Shown: positions 1 through 9,826 of the stretch, piece after piece | How positions within the stretch are numbered: the first letter of the stretch is position 1 | How the letters are laid out: every line of letters starts with the position of its first letter | Source: an uncultured Methanosarcinaceae archaeon | Lineage (GTDB): Archaea; Halobacteriota; Methanosarcinia; Methanosarcinales; Methanosarcinaceae | Assembly: GCA_963727895.1 (NCBI GenBank) | Contig: CAVSHT010000008.1 | Coordinates: forward strand, 128,001 to 192,000 | DNA: 64,000 nucleotides | Direction of reading: 5' to 3' | Notes under the pieces: model-generated | Told to the model about the DNA's origin: nothing | Databases searched by the model: none | The model's input: the letters and a program-made list of their open reading frames with translations, nothing else | Made by a program: the position numbers and the translations under genes

Positions 1-411
1 AGTGTGGCCGGATACAGGAGATGTGCTTGCCCTATGGCGGCCTGTAACATTGTTAATTACCGAAGATTTGCCAACATTGGGATAACCAAGGGCACCGACA
101 AGGATATTTTGCCCTTTCATAGAAGCTGATGCAAGAATCTGGTATCTCAACATCGTCATTCCTGACCTGTCTTTACTGGAAACAAAAATTACAGGTGCAG
201 TTTTAGAGAAGCGCGATTTAGTTTTTTCGAGTTTTTCTCTTGATACAAGATCTGATTTGTTGATCACTATAATGAAAGGTTTGTTTAAGCGGATAATCTC
301 ACGCTCAACTTCACTATTTCGGGTCTCATCAGGAAACCTGGCATCTATTATTTCAAGAAGGACGTCAGCTTTTTTGATAACATCTTTTACAAGGGCTTTG
401 TAGCTTGCCAT
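1..411 (-). CDS. YlqF/RbgA-family circularly permuted GTPase (5' part; runs off the window)
   Basis: Manual translation from ATG at 411: MASYKALVKDVIKKADVLLEIIDARFP...VINKSDL (G4)...GYPNVGKSS (G1), i.e. the G4-before-G1 order of this family. Absent from the ORF track because it is truncated. Confidence 0.9.
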   Translation of the reverse strand, partial: MASYKALVKDVIKKADVLLEIIDARFPDETRNSEVEREIIRLNKPFIIVINKSDLVSREKLEKTKSRFSKTAPVIFVSSKDRSGMTMLRYQILASASMKGQNILVGALGYPNVGKSSVINNVTGRHRASTSPVSGHT

Positions 412-606
412 ATGTTGTGGCTATGGCTCAAGCTGGTATATATAATGAAAGACAAGGATTTTAAAAACGGATAAATATTTAGAAGTTAAGATCTAATAAT
501 TGGCAAAAATAAGTAAAAGGAATTATTGAATATATGAAAGTAACCTCAGTGCAAAATTCTGGAAAATAAAACCAAAGTAAGAATAAAAAGGTAGTGTATC
601 GATAAA

Positions 607-726
607 TTTGATACTATAATTTTTACCTTAAGGTACCTTTTTTCTGGTGATGAAATTGATTAACTTTCCTATTTATAAATGTTTACACTGATTTTGTAAC
701 AAAGCCAGATTTTTTGCGCCATAACC
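607..726. repeat. Diverged 120-bp direct repeat of 1327-1446 (IS6-type MITE remnant)
   Basis: Colinear with 1327-1446 (shared blocks actataatt, ttttctggtgat, attaactttccta, attttgtaa, agccagattttttg, final aacc). Confidence 0.75.
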
Positions 727-803
727 AATAAATTAAAAAAGTTTCTAATATTACCTACTCATGTAGTAGTCTATTTATACATCTTAATTGTACGAGTAGT
801 AGT

Positions 804-1214
804 ATGAAGCAATACAAAACTTTCAGACTTTCTAACAGTGTATTGTCAGACCTGAAAGCTTTGCAGAAAGATTGTGAATCGATTCCAGATACCATTAAAA
901 GACTGAATAACGATTATTTATATTGTGTTGAAGAAATTCATTACAGATATTCAAGAGATCTAATGAATGACGGGTCATTTACTCAATATATTTCTATCAC
1001 TGCGTGTAATAATAGTAGGTATGGTTTACGATATACTGAATATTTTATGAAGATCGGAGAAGAGCTAAATGACATTGTTAGGCTTCCAAAAGACGTTCTT
1101 GATGAAATTAGTTGGATGCCACAACACCCAGATGAGATATTCAATACTACTATGTTCACGTTGATATCTATTGAGAAGGCTTTAATGGAATGGAATGAAG
1201 AAGATCAAAAATAA
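804..1214 (+). CDS. Hypothetical protein, N-terminal ribbon-helix-helix-like motif
   Basis: 136-aa ORF. KTFRLSNSVLSDLKALQKDCESIPDTIKRL resembles archaeal RHH/CopG-like regulators. tttatac TATA-like box just upstream. Confidence 0.55.
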   Translation: MKQYKTFRLSNSVLSDLKALQKDCESIPDTIKRLNNDYLYCVEEIHYRYSRDLMNDGSFTQYISITACNNSRYGLRYTEYFMKIGEELNDIVRLPKDVLDEISWMPQHPDEIFNTTMFTLISIEKALMEWNEEDQK

Positions 1215-1296
1215 AACTAATATTAACTTCTCTTTGTTAAAATTTTCATAACCATTTTGTTTACGAACTCATAACCCCACCTACTATTCTATTTTT

Positions 1297-1446
1297 GGTT
1301 CCGTTGCAAAAATAATATTTCTGCATTTTGACACTATAATTCTCACTTATATGTATCATTTTTCTGGTGATTAGATAAATTAACTTTCCTAATTGTGAAG
1401 GTTTTCACTTATTTTGTAAAATAGCCAGATTTTTTGAACCCGAACC
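1297..1446. mobile_element. IS6-family-derived MITE (150 bp)
   Basis: Starts ggttccgttgcaaaaa, identical to the IR of the IS6 at 14568. Ends in the degenerate IR ttttttgaacccgaacc. No coding capacity. Confidence 0.75.
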
Positions 1447-1567
1447 GCCGTCACTATACTATAAGTTTTAATGATTTTGGCATCATTAGAGCCTAGTTAT
1501 ACTGCCATTTAGATGAATTGTTCATATTTTTCCACGTTACTACTCCAGAAAAAGTCAATTTACGATT

Positions 1568-2314
1568 TTAGGATGACTTACCCTGTCCGTGTCCCATCAT
1601 AGTTGTCAGTTTAGGGTCAATCACACGTATCTCGTACTCGTCTGATTCGAAGGCTTTCATTGCAGGCTGGACGAACTCTATGGTCGTAATACCAAAATAA
1701 GTCTGTCCCCTGGCTTTCCTTGCACCCTTATCGAGGTTTGTATCTACCATAGGGGGAATTAGTTCGAATACTTTAACAGTCGTTCCTTCCAGTTGCTGCC
1801 TGAGCAAGATGCTGAGCATATGAACAGCCGCCTTGGTCGCACAATAAACAGGAAGAATTGGCATCGGATGAAATGCAAGCCCAGAAGAAACGTTCATAAT
1901 TGCGGCTTCTTTTTGCTTCATCAGGTGTGGGGTAAAGAGTGCTGTCATATAAACGAGAGATCTGAAATTTACCTCTATCTCATCTTCTCCATCCGCCGTC
2001 CATTGCTTGGTAAGATCCTCAGTTCCTTTTTTGAAGTCGATCATACGCTGAATGCCAGCATTATTTATTAAGATGTTCAGGTTTTTGAAATTAGAAGTTG
2101 CCCAGGTATACAATTCCTCACATTCCGATTCTTTAGAAATATCGCACTTCCTGACATACAGATGAGGGATTTTTTCCTTAGCTTGCTTCAGGTTCTCCTC
2201 GGTCCTTGAACAGACGATGACCTCACTACCTGCTTTGACAAAAGCTTCTGCCAGAGCTAAACCAATACCAGTCGCTCCGCCAGTGATCAATATTGTATTT
2301 CGACTCGTTCTCAT
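1568..2314 (-). CDS. Short-chain dehydrogenase/reductase (DltE-like)
   Basis: TGGATGIG Rossmann motif, NNAG, YCATK catalytic motif. Start placed at the ATG after SD-like gagtga. Confidence 0.9.
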   Translation of the reverse strand: MRTSRNTILITGGATGIGLALAEAFVKAGSEVIVCSRTEENLKQAKEKIPHLYVRKCDISKESECEELYTWATSNFKNLNILINNAGIQRMIDFKKGTEDLTKQWTADGEDEIEVNFRSLVYMTALFTPHLMKQKEAAIMNVSSGLAFHPMPILPVYCATKAAVHMLSILLRQQLEGTTVKVFELIPPMVDTNLDKGARKARGQTYFGITTIEFVQPAMKAFESDEYEIRVIDPKLTTMMGHGQGKSS

Positions 2315-2648
2315 ATATTTCACTCGATGTTACACTATTAATAGTGTAGAACTTACGTATTATTACAAAAGAAGTACACAGTTATATATACAGTACTCCG
2401 CTAAAAATCCCTTTTCTATGCTTTCCCTGGTGATTTACTTTAGAGCTTGTCTTAAAATTCATTCTCATATATATTGAGTTTCGCTATTCTTCTAACCATT
2501 ATGCGAATGATGATGAATTTTAAGATACGCTCTTATTCATTCGATGTAAGGTGTTTTTGTAAGAAGTGACTTTGGTAATTAGCAACGCCTGTCAAATTAA
2601 GGTTTTAAATCAATATTTATTTAAAGCATCTTGCTAATCACTCATGGC

Positions 2649-3692
2649 ATGGAAACCACTGAACCCTCATCTTCTTTTGCAAAAAACTCATCTTTTGCAA
2701 CAAATATATCCCACGTTAATAGTGGAATAGAGCAGGTGTTTACCTGGTTTTCAGACAATTTCGGCACACTTTTGTTCATACTTTTCATTGGTTTGATAAC
2801 CGTCCTTATTGCAAGGAATATAAACCGTCTTATGGAAAGCTACTTCAAAAAAGCAAGCGGCAAGCTGCGAATGGACACAACGTCTTTTCGAATGTTTAGA
2901 CATATTGTTGTCGCACTAATCTATTTTATGGGAATTATCGCTGTTGTTTTCAGTATTCCAAGTCTTCGAAGCCTCTCGGTCGCCCTCTTTACAGGAGCAG
3001 GAATTGCCGGTATAGTTCTCGGTTTTGCAGCTCAGAATACACTGAGCAATATAATTGCAGGACTTTCTCTTGCCATATTTCAACCTTTCAGGGTTGGAGA
3101 TCGGCTTAATATCATGAATGAATACGGAAAAGTTACAGATCTTAACCTTCGGCACACTGTCATTATAACCTGGGATAACAGGCGACTTATAATACCCAAC
3201 TCTGTAATCAGCAATGAAGCAATAATTAATTGGACTATAGAAGACCCTGCGGTAATATGGCCAATCGATGTTGGAATAAGCTATGATGCCGATATAGACC
3301 AGGCAAGAAAAATCATGATAGAAGAAGCAAGAAAAAATCCCAATGTAATGCCTCCGCAGGAAGTTCAGTATAGTGTTGTAAAACCTAGCTTAATTAAATC
3401 CGAAACATTGAATATGGGATTTTTTGACTCTCCTGTACTTCATCCAGTTGACCCGGATTTCAGGGAAAGAGGAGAGGTTAAAGTAAACGTTGTTGAATTA
3501 GGAGATTACGCTGTACAACTCCGTCTGAATGTCTGGTTCAAAGACAGGAGCATTGCACACAGTTCAGGATGTGAAATTAGGGAAGCTATTAAAAAACGTT
3601 TTGATAAGGAAGGAATAGAAATTCCTTACCCATATAGAACTATTGTGTATAAAACTGATATTGAAAAAGAGAAGAAGGATACTAAAAAATGA
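2649..3692 (+). CDS. mscS: Small-conductance mechanosensitive channel
   Basis: Three N-terminal TM segments, GFAAQNTLSNIIAG, PFRVGD, IPNS, and C-terminal GIEIPYP. Confidence 0.9.
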   Translation: METTEPSSSFAKNSSFATNISHVNSGIEQVFTWFSDNFGTLLFILFIGLITVLIARNINRLMESYFKKASGKLRMDTTSFRMFRHIVVALIYFMGIIAVVFSIPSLRSLSVALFTGAGIAGIVLGFAAQNTLSNIIAGLSLAIFQPFRVGDRLNIMNEYGKVTDLNLRHTVIITWDNRRLIIPNSVISNEAIINWTIEDPAVIWPIDVGISYDADIDQARKIMIEEARKNPNVMPPQEVQYSVVKPSLIKSETLNMGFFDSPVLHPVDPDFRERGEVKVNVVELGDYAVQLRLNVWFKDRSIAHSSGCEIREAIKKRFDKEGIEIPYPYRTIVYKTDIEKEKKDTKK

Positions 3693-3946
3693 TCCCATAC
3701 AGAGAGATAAAATTAGTACGCTGTAAAATGCCAATTAGATACAATTATTTTGCCTATCTATAATTAGGACATACAGATTAGGACATACAGCATTTAAATT
3801 AATTTAGAAAATTATACACAGGTATTTTATTTTTTAAAAGTATCAGTGGCTAACGAGATTATCATAAATTAAAGTTGTGCTGGCGCACCCCGCAGCAAGC
3901 CAAGGATATTCGACTGAAATAAAAATCAATTTATAGGAATAATCTT

Positions 3947-5263
3947 ATGGCCTTACCTCCACTAAAAGAACGAACTTTTGGGTATGAATTTTCAGGGAGT
4001 GAACATAAACTTATTTTTGAAAAAGAAAATATTGGTTATGTTCGGTACAAAAATAAAGCCGCTAAAATTTTTTATCTTGATCCTTCTCCTTATTATAATG
4101 ATCCCAGAAATCAGATCTATACTGTAAAAAGTGGGTCTTTGCCTCCAGACGGACAATTAATTGAGGTAAATGTTACAGAAACTGAAAAACTTCGTATAAC
4201 CTCAAATGATTATGATAAAACCTTTAAATCTACAAAAAAACCTCTTGCTTGGGCAGCACAAACCCAGAATAATATTTACACCACAAATATCAAGTATGTG
4301 GTTGGTTGGAATTTGGTAAATCCTAATAAAATTCGAAGTAATAATCTAACGAGTAAGGATGATTTTTTGGAGTTTTTATCAATTCCAATAAAAAATAAAA
4401 TTTTGGATATTGAAGACTTGCAATATAGTCTGGGAATGTGTGCAGTCTCAGCTCCTCAAATTACTGACCTTGAAAAAGGTGGGGTAAATACAATAGTACT
4501 GGATAAAAATTATGATTCAATGAAATGGGCTGCCTTCAAACGAATTATGAGTATTGTTCCGCGTGAATTTAAACAGCCTGCCTCAAAAAACTTTTATGAA
4601 TACCTTACAACCAGTGAACAGCCTTATCCGACAGCCAGTATTGAGGTTAACTTGTCTTATTTTAATATACAGGATGTACCCATTCATCTCCCAATTCCTT
4701 TTGACATGGAATTCAAAACTCTTGGGGAATATAAAGAGAGTTTTGATCATTATCTTCCTCTGGCAAGAGCCTATATGATTGATTCTCTGTTATTTCAGCC
4801 ATATATTCCTGAGAAAATCGAAAAACGTATGGAAGAAGCAATGTACTTCATTTTAGATGATATTTCTTCTACCGGCATAATTCCCTACTATCAGGATATA
4901 GGTTCAGTCATCCCGAAATTAGCCACTTCTTTTGCAAGACTCAATTTTGATTCCTGGATTTCTTATAGAGATCTGGACAAAAGTAAAGGAATCTGGATTG
5001 ATCTTGTGACTGAAGCCAGGAATACCACAGATTCTACAAGGACTCGAAGTACAGATAAGCTTTACCAGTTGACACCAGATGCAGAAAAGCTACTGAAGGA
5101 ATTAAATGAACTGGAAGATGCAGGTATTCCTCTCCTTATAACCACCATCAAGGAAAAAACTTCATTAATAGAATGGAATTTTGAGAACGCCCTGAAAAAA
5201 TTAAAAATCTGTGGATATGTCTATTTCCCAAATAATGAAAGGATAGGGCTTATCCACTACTAA
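3947..5263 (+). CDS. Hypothetical protein with MCM-lid-like and C-terminal winged-helix-like segments
   Basis: 438-aa ORF followed by a T-tract. The MCM resemblance is by eye only (see findings). Confidence 0.75.
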   Translation: MALPPLKERTFGYEFSGSEHKLIFEKENIGYVRYKNKAAKIFYLDPSPYYNDPRNQIYTVKSGSLPPDGQLIEVNVTETEKLRITSNDYDKTFKSTKKPLAWAAQTQNNIYTTNIKYVVGWNLVNPNKIRSNNLTSKDDFLEFLSIPIKNKILDIEDLQYSLGMCAVSAPQITDLEKGGVNTIVLDKNYDSMKWAAFKRIMSIVPREFKQPASKNFYEYLTTSEQPYPTASIEVNLSYFNIQDVPIHLPIPFDMEFKTLGEYKESFDHYLPLARAYMIDSLLFQPYIPEKIEKRMEEAMYFILDDISSTGIIPYYQDIGSVIPKLATSFARLNFDSWISYRDLDKSKGIWIDLVTEARNTTDSTRTRSTDKLYQLTPDAEKLLKELNELEDAGIPLLITTIKEKTSLIEWNFENALKKLKICGYVYFPNNERIGLIHY

Positions 5264-5440
5264 TCTTCTTTTTTCTATCAAACTCTATCAAAATATATCA
5301 AATTGAGATACTTTTTTTGAATTAAATGATTTTGATATAGATAAGTAATATTAGTAATAAATTGGTTGAGAAAAAAGCAAGTGAAAAACAGATTGAATAA
5401 CAAAATAGAAGTTGGATATAAAAAAATAAAAGGAGAATTT

Positions 5441-6748
5441 TCACAGTTCCCTTTCATCAATTACTCTCTTTGTCTTTTTCATGCTGCGGGGAAGTTCCCC
5501 CATCTTCACACCTACAACATCAACGGTTACGCCTATGAAGTCCTTAAAGGCTTTTCTGAGAGCTTTTTCTGCTTTTTCTTTATTTTCACGGTTTTCTACG
5601 TCTTCAAGCTCTATTCTAAATGTCATGCTATCTCGGCCATCCTTACGGGTAAGCAGAATCTGATACTCGCTGCTTACTCCAGGAACCCTGTGAACAAGAT
5701 CTTCAATCTGACCAGGATAGATATTTACAGCTTTGAATTTTATACGGTCATCTGACCTTCCCAGGATCCTGTCAATTCTCGGAAAAGGACAACCGCATTT
5801 GCAGACGCCGGGAATAATCCTTGTAAGGTCTCTTGTTCTGTAGCGGATAAGAGGAGCTCCTTCTTTTGTGAGAGTTGTGATTACAAGTTCTCCAAGCGTG
5901 CCTTCAGGAAGCTGCTCGCCTGTAATAGGATCGATAATCTCAAAAATCAGATGATCAGACCAGTAATGCATACCATCATGGAAAGAACAATCAAGGCCAA
6001 TCCCTGGCCCGTATATCTCGGTTAGCCCGTAAATATCAAAAGTTTCGATCCCTAATTCGGTTTCGATCCGGCTGCGCATTTTTTCACTCCAGCGTTCCGA
6101 ACCTATAATGCCTTTTTTGAGATGGATCTTAGATTTAAGCCCACGTTTTTCAATTTCTTCAGCAAGCAATATAGCATATGAAGAAGTACTTGCAAGAGCC
6201 GTGGATTTCAGGTCAACAAGCATTTCAAGCTGTTTTTCAGTATTTCCAGGACCTGTAGGTATAGCCATTGCTCGCAGACGTTCAGCTCCAAGCTGGAAAC
6301 CTATTCCTGCAGTCCAGAGCCCGTATCCTGGAGTAATCTGGATCCGGTCCTGGTTGGTAAGTCCTGCCATCATATAGCAGCGCATCATCATCTCGGCCCA
6401 GGTATCCACATCTTTCCTGGTATAAGGAATAATTACAGGTTTTCCGGTAGTTCCTGATGAGGAATGAATCCTTACGATCTCCGAATCAGGAACAGCCTGC
6501 AGTCCAAGAGGATAAGCATCCCTGAGTTCTTCTTTATTAGTGAAAGGAAGAAGTTTCAGGTCGCTAAGTGACTTTATTTCCTCAAGATCGACATTCGATT
6601 CCTTGAACTTTTTCTGGTAAAAAGAACTGTTTTCAACTACGTGTTTCAGCAGCGCCTTCAATTTTAAAAAGGTTTCTTCTTCCGAAATATCAGGATGGTA
6701 AAGCTGAACATTGGGATCAAGTTCAGTCTCAGTTAATGCTTCATACAT
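5441..6748 (-). CDS. paaK: Phenylacetate-CoA ligase family protein
   Basis: HSSSGTTGKP AMP-binding loop, YGLTE, LIRYRTRD, GRSDD. Confidence 0.9.
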   Translation of the reverse strand: MYEALTETELDPNVQLYHPDISEEETFLKLKALLKHVVENSSFYQKKFKESNVDLEEIKSLSDLKLLPFTNKEELRDAYPLGLQAVPDSEIVRIHSSSGTTGKPVIIPYTRKDVDTWAEMMMRCYMMAGLTNQDRIQITPGYGLWTAGIGFQLGAERLRAMAIPTGPGNTEKQLEMLVDLKSTALASTSSYAILLAEEIEKRGLKSKIHLKKGIIGSERWSEKMRSRIETELGIETFDIYGLTEIYGPGIGLDCSFHDGMHYWSDHLIFEIIDPITGEQLPEGTLGELVITTLTKEGAPLIRYRTRDLTRIIPGVCKCGCPFPRIDRILGRSDDRIKFKAVNIYPGQIEDLVHRVPGVSSEYQILLTRKDGRDSMTFRIELEDVENRENKEKAEKALRKAFKDFIGVTVDVVGVKMGELPRSMKKTKRVIDEREL

Positions 6749-6773
6749 ATAGTTTCACCCTCTGATCCCCAGT

Positions 6774-7373
6774 TCAGGTGCCGGAGACAAATTTAATACA
6801 TTTCATTGCGCGTTCGAATGCTGCCCTGTTTACAGCTCTGTATTTTTCAGGGATTTCGGCATTTAGCACTGCCTTTAAAGTTTCCTCTGAAAAAGGCAAG
6901 ACTCGTGCGCCTGCAGCCGCACCAATCATTGCAACGTTTGCAGCCCTGTACGTTCCTGCTTCTGCTGCAAGCTCCGTGAAATCGGAGCAGAGAACATCCT
7001 GGTAATTTGCACGTAAAAAAAAGAGCAAAGCTGAAGAATCATATTCAGGACTTCCGGGTGGTCTTGAAGCCGGAGGAATAGCATGGGTATTTACCAGCAC
7101 TTTCCCACCGTTCCTGACAAAAGGCAGGTTCCTTATGGTTTCTGCAGGTTCAAGGCCTAAAAGCAGGTCTACCTGTCCAACTGGAATAAGTGACCCGGGA
7201 ACTTCCTCTCCTATTCTTATATGGCTGCTGACCGAACCTTCCCTCTGAGACATGCCTATCGTTTCGGCAGTGCTTACATGAAATCCGGCTTTCATAGCAG
7301 CAAGTGCAAGCAAACGGGAGGCAAGCACAACACCCTGCCCGCCAACGCCTGCAATTAGAATATCATATTTCAC
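6774..7373 (-). CDS. iorB: Indolepyruvate:ferredoxin oxidoreductase beta subunit
   Basis: AGVGGQG and GMSQREGSVSSHIRIG. GTG start overlaps the iorA stop (GTGA). Confidence 0.9.
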   Translation of the reverse strand: MKYDILIAGVGGQGVVLASRLLALAAMKAGFHVSTAETIGMSQREGSVSSHIRIGEEVPGSLIPVGQVDLLLGLEPAETIRNLPFVRNGGKVLVNTHAIPPASRPPGSPEYDSSALLFFLRANYQDVLCSDFTELAAEAGTYRAANVAMIGAAAGARVLPFSEETLKAVLNAEIPEKYRAVNRAAFERAMKCIKFVSGT

Positions 7374-9250
7374 AGCTTTACCCCTCCTATGCAAATAGCT
7401 TCTGACGGACATACCTGAGCACAGAGTCCGCAGCCGCTGCAACTATCCTGTATAACAGGCTTATCCGCAACAAGGTTAATTGCAGGGCAGCCGAGCTCTT
7501 TTATACAGAAACCACAACCTGTACAGGCTTCAGGTTTTATTTCGTAATATTTGTCAGGTTTTGTAATCCCTACACACTTTCCTTTAAAAACTATAACCGA
7601 CGGCCCTTTAAAATTCATAACTTCCTTTGCAGCTTTTATACAAGTCTCAAGGCTGTCTGGATCTACGGTGTCAACAGTTTTTACAAATTCAATCCCGCAA
7701 CTTCGAATCACATCTGCAATCTCAATGACCTTGGAAGCGCTTCCTAGTGCTGTTACGCCTACACCAGGGTGAGGCTGATGTCCTGTCATTGCAGTTGTGC
7801 GGTTGTCAAGGACTGCAATAGTGATATCTGCGCTGTTATATACAGCGTTTATTACTGCAGGGATACCGGAGTGGAAAAAGGTTGAATCTCCAATAAAAGC
7901 TACCTGTTTTGCTTTCGGGTTCGTGCGGGAGAGCCCTCCTGCAAGGCTTATTCCGGCTCCCATGCAGAGGCAGGTATCTACAACTTCAAGGGGATAGGCA
8001 TTTCCAAGTGTATAACAGCCAATGTCTCCAGAGAAAATAGTATCAATTTGAGCCTCTTTTTTAAACTGTTTTGCAGCCTGCTTGAAAGCATAAAAAACAG
8101 TCCTGTGCATACAACCAGCACAGAGGGTCGGGGCTCTGATAGGAAGAGGAGGAAGTTTTTCTCTTGATATGGCAGGAAAAGCGTGAGAAAGTCGTGAATT
8201 TTCTCCAAAAGCTGCAAGTGAGTTGTTAATACTATCAATTACAATATCCACATTGTATTCTCCACTTATAGGGAAAAAGCCATTCTTTTTTCCATAAACG
8301 TCAACAGGCAGATGTGCTTTTCCTATAAGCTGTAGAATTTGTTCTTCAAGGTAAGGGTCAAGCTCTTCAACAACAATTAACCTGTCAATGCCTTTCAGAA
8401 AAGAAAGAGCTGCTTGTTCCGGAAACGGATATGCTGTTCCAACACGGAAGAGAGTAAAAAGTTCTTTAAAATCACTGACAGTTTTTACGGCTTCCTTTAC
8501 ATAAAGAGCTGAAACGCCTGAAGCAATGATCCCGATTTTACCGGACCCTGATATTGAATTGAAAGAAAGCTCTGAAAAACGTTCGGAAAGCTTTTTCTGC
8601 ACGCTTTCAAGCCAGGGGTGCCGCTCAGCAGTAAGCTTTGGAAAGATCGTCCAGCGTCTATCTTTTATAAAACCCTCCTTAATAGCTTCAACAAGAGCAG
8701 GTTCTGAAACTTTGACTTCAACATCTCCGCAACTGTGGGAAACTCGCGTGGTGGTTCTTAAGATTACAGGAATTTCAAATTCATGCGAAAGCTCAAAAGC
8801 CAGCTTTGTTAATTCATAGGCTTCCTGAGGGGTTGCAGGGTCAAGGACAGGAATATTTGCAAAATGTCCAAAAGCTCGAGTATCCTGTTCAGTCTGGGAA
8901 GAATGAGGCCCCGGATCGTCGGCAACTAGCAGGACAAGAGCTCCTTTTACCCCTATATAACTCAAGCTCATCAGGGGATCGGATGCAACATTCAACCCTA
9001 CCTGTTTCATGGTGACAAGAGTCTTTGCTCCTGAATAAGCCGCTCCTGCAGCTGTTTCAAGTGCAACTTTCTCGTTGCTGGACCACTCAGTATAGATTCC
9101 ACATCGATCTGAATATCGTATAATTGTCTCCAGAGCTTCAGTCGATGGAGTTCCAGGATACCCTGTAACAACCTGGGCACCGGCTTCTATAGCTCCAAGT
9201 GCAATGGCTTCATTACCCATTAACAGTTTTTTGTCAGTCAATAAACTCAT
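7370..9250 (-). CDS. iorA: Indolepyruvate:ferredoxin oxidoreductase alpha subunit
   Basis: LMGNEAIA, GYPGTPSTE, NEKVALE, GDIGCYTLG, GDSTFFHSG (TPP-binding) and C-terminal ferredoxin-type cysteine motifs. Confidence 0.93.
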   Translation of the reverse strand: MSLLTDKKLLMGNEAIALGAIEAGAQVVTGYPGTPSTEALETIIRYSDRCGIYTEWSSNEKVALETAAGAAYSGAKTLVTMKQVGLNVASDPLMSLSYIGVKGALVLLVADDPGPHSSQTEQDTRAFGHFANIPVLDPATPQEAYELTKLAFELSHEFEIPVILRTTTRVSHSCGDVEVKVSEPALVEAIKEGFIKDRRWTIFPKLTAERHPWLESVQKKLSERFSELSFNSISGSGKIGIIASGVSALYVKEAVKTVSDFKELFTLFRVGTAYPFPEQAALSFLKGIDRLIVVEELDPYLEEQILQLIGKAHLPVDVYGKKNGFFPISGEYNVDIVIDSINNSLAAFGENSRLSHAFPAISREKLPPLPIRAPTLCAGCMHRTVFYAFKQAAKQFKKEAQIDTIFSGDIGCYTLGNAYPLEVVDTCLCMGAGISLAGGLSRTNPKAKQVAFIGDSTFFHSGIPAVINAVYNSADITIAVLDNRTTAMTGHQPHPGVGVTALGSASKVIEIADVIRSCGIEFVKTVDTVDPDSLETCIKAAKEVMNFKGPSVIVFKGKCVGITKPDKYYEIKPEACTGCGFCIKELGCPAINLVADKPVIQDSCSGCGLCAQVCPSEAICIGGVKL

Positions 9251-9426
9251 CTCGAATATAGGGTAATATTTTAACAAATCTTACAAACTTAATAAATTCT
9301 AATAAATCTAGATCTAATAAATCTAGAAGGAACAAAGGGAAGTTAAAAATAATTTGTATCCTCAAACAAGTTATTAAAATTATTTTATGTAATTGAAAAT
9401 ACATTTTAAGGTATTTAATCGCTCTT

Positions 9427-9453
9427 TTACGCTATGGGAACGACGATGACCAT
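9427..9453 (-). CDS. Candidate leader peptide MVIVVPIA
   Basis: ATG GTC ATC GTC GTT CCC ATA GCG TAA, lying between a TATA box and iorA. Confidence 0.4.
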   Translation of the reverse strand: MVIVVPIA

Positions 9454-9492
9454 CTATGTACAACGCTGTCTGAAAGAAGTACGTAAAATTTG

Positions 9493-9507
9493 CATATAAA
9501 GTTTTTG
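9493..9507 (-). promoter_or_regulatory. BRE/TATA promoter candidate for leader-iorAB-paaK
   Basis: Minus strand reads caaaaac-tttatatg, implying a TSS near 9470. Confidence 0.5.
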
Positions 9508-9826
9508 TTTTATAAGTCTGTGTGATTATTATTTTAGTTGTAGTATGCAGAAAATTCGGTAAATTCTAATTTATGATGCAGAAATTTTTGAGATAATACT
9601 TTTTTACTCGAGAAAACAACATTTAGTCTAGAACCTTGACTATATTATATATTTAAAATTAAAAATTTACAAAAATTTAGGTACACTGCCAAAATCTAAT
9701 GTTAATGCTATGAAGTACCAATTATTTAGAAACTTATTAATTCTAATAAAAAAATATGAATTTATTAAAACCACTGAATCAAATATAAAGTGCTTCAAAA
9801 CAACTTGCACGTCATAATGAGGATTT

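Noticed and set aside
3763..3790. 14-bp tandem repeat attaggacatacag x2
   Set aside because: Simple slippage duplication with no further structure.
3871..3923. GC-rich motif gctggcgcaccccgcagcaagcc...ttcgactgaaataaa upstream of ORF 3947
   Set aside because: Resembles a decayed hairpin-type mobile-element end, but it is single-copy here and the stem is broken, so it cannot be supported from this window.
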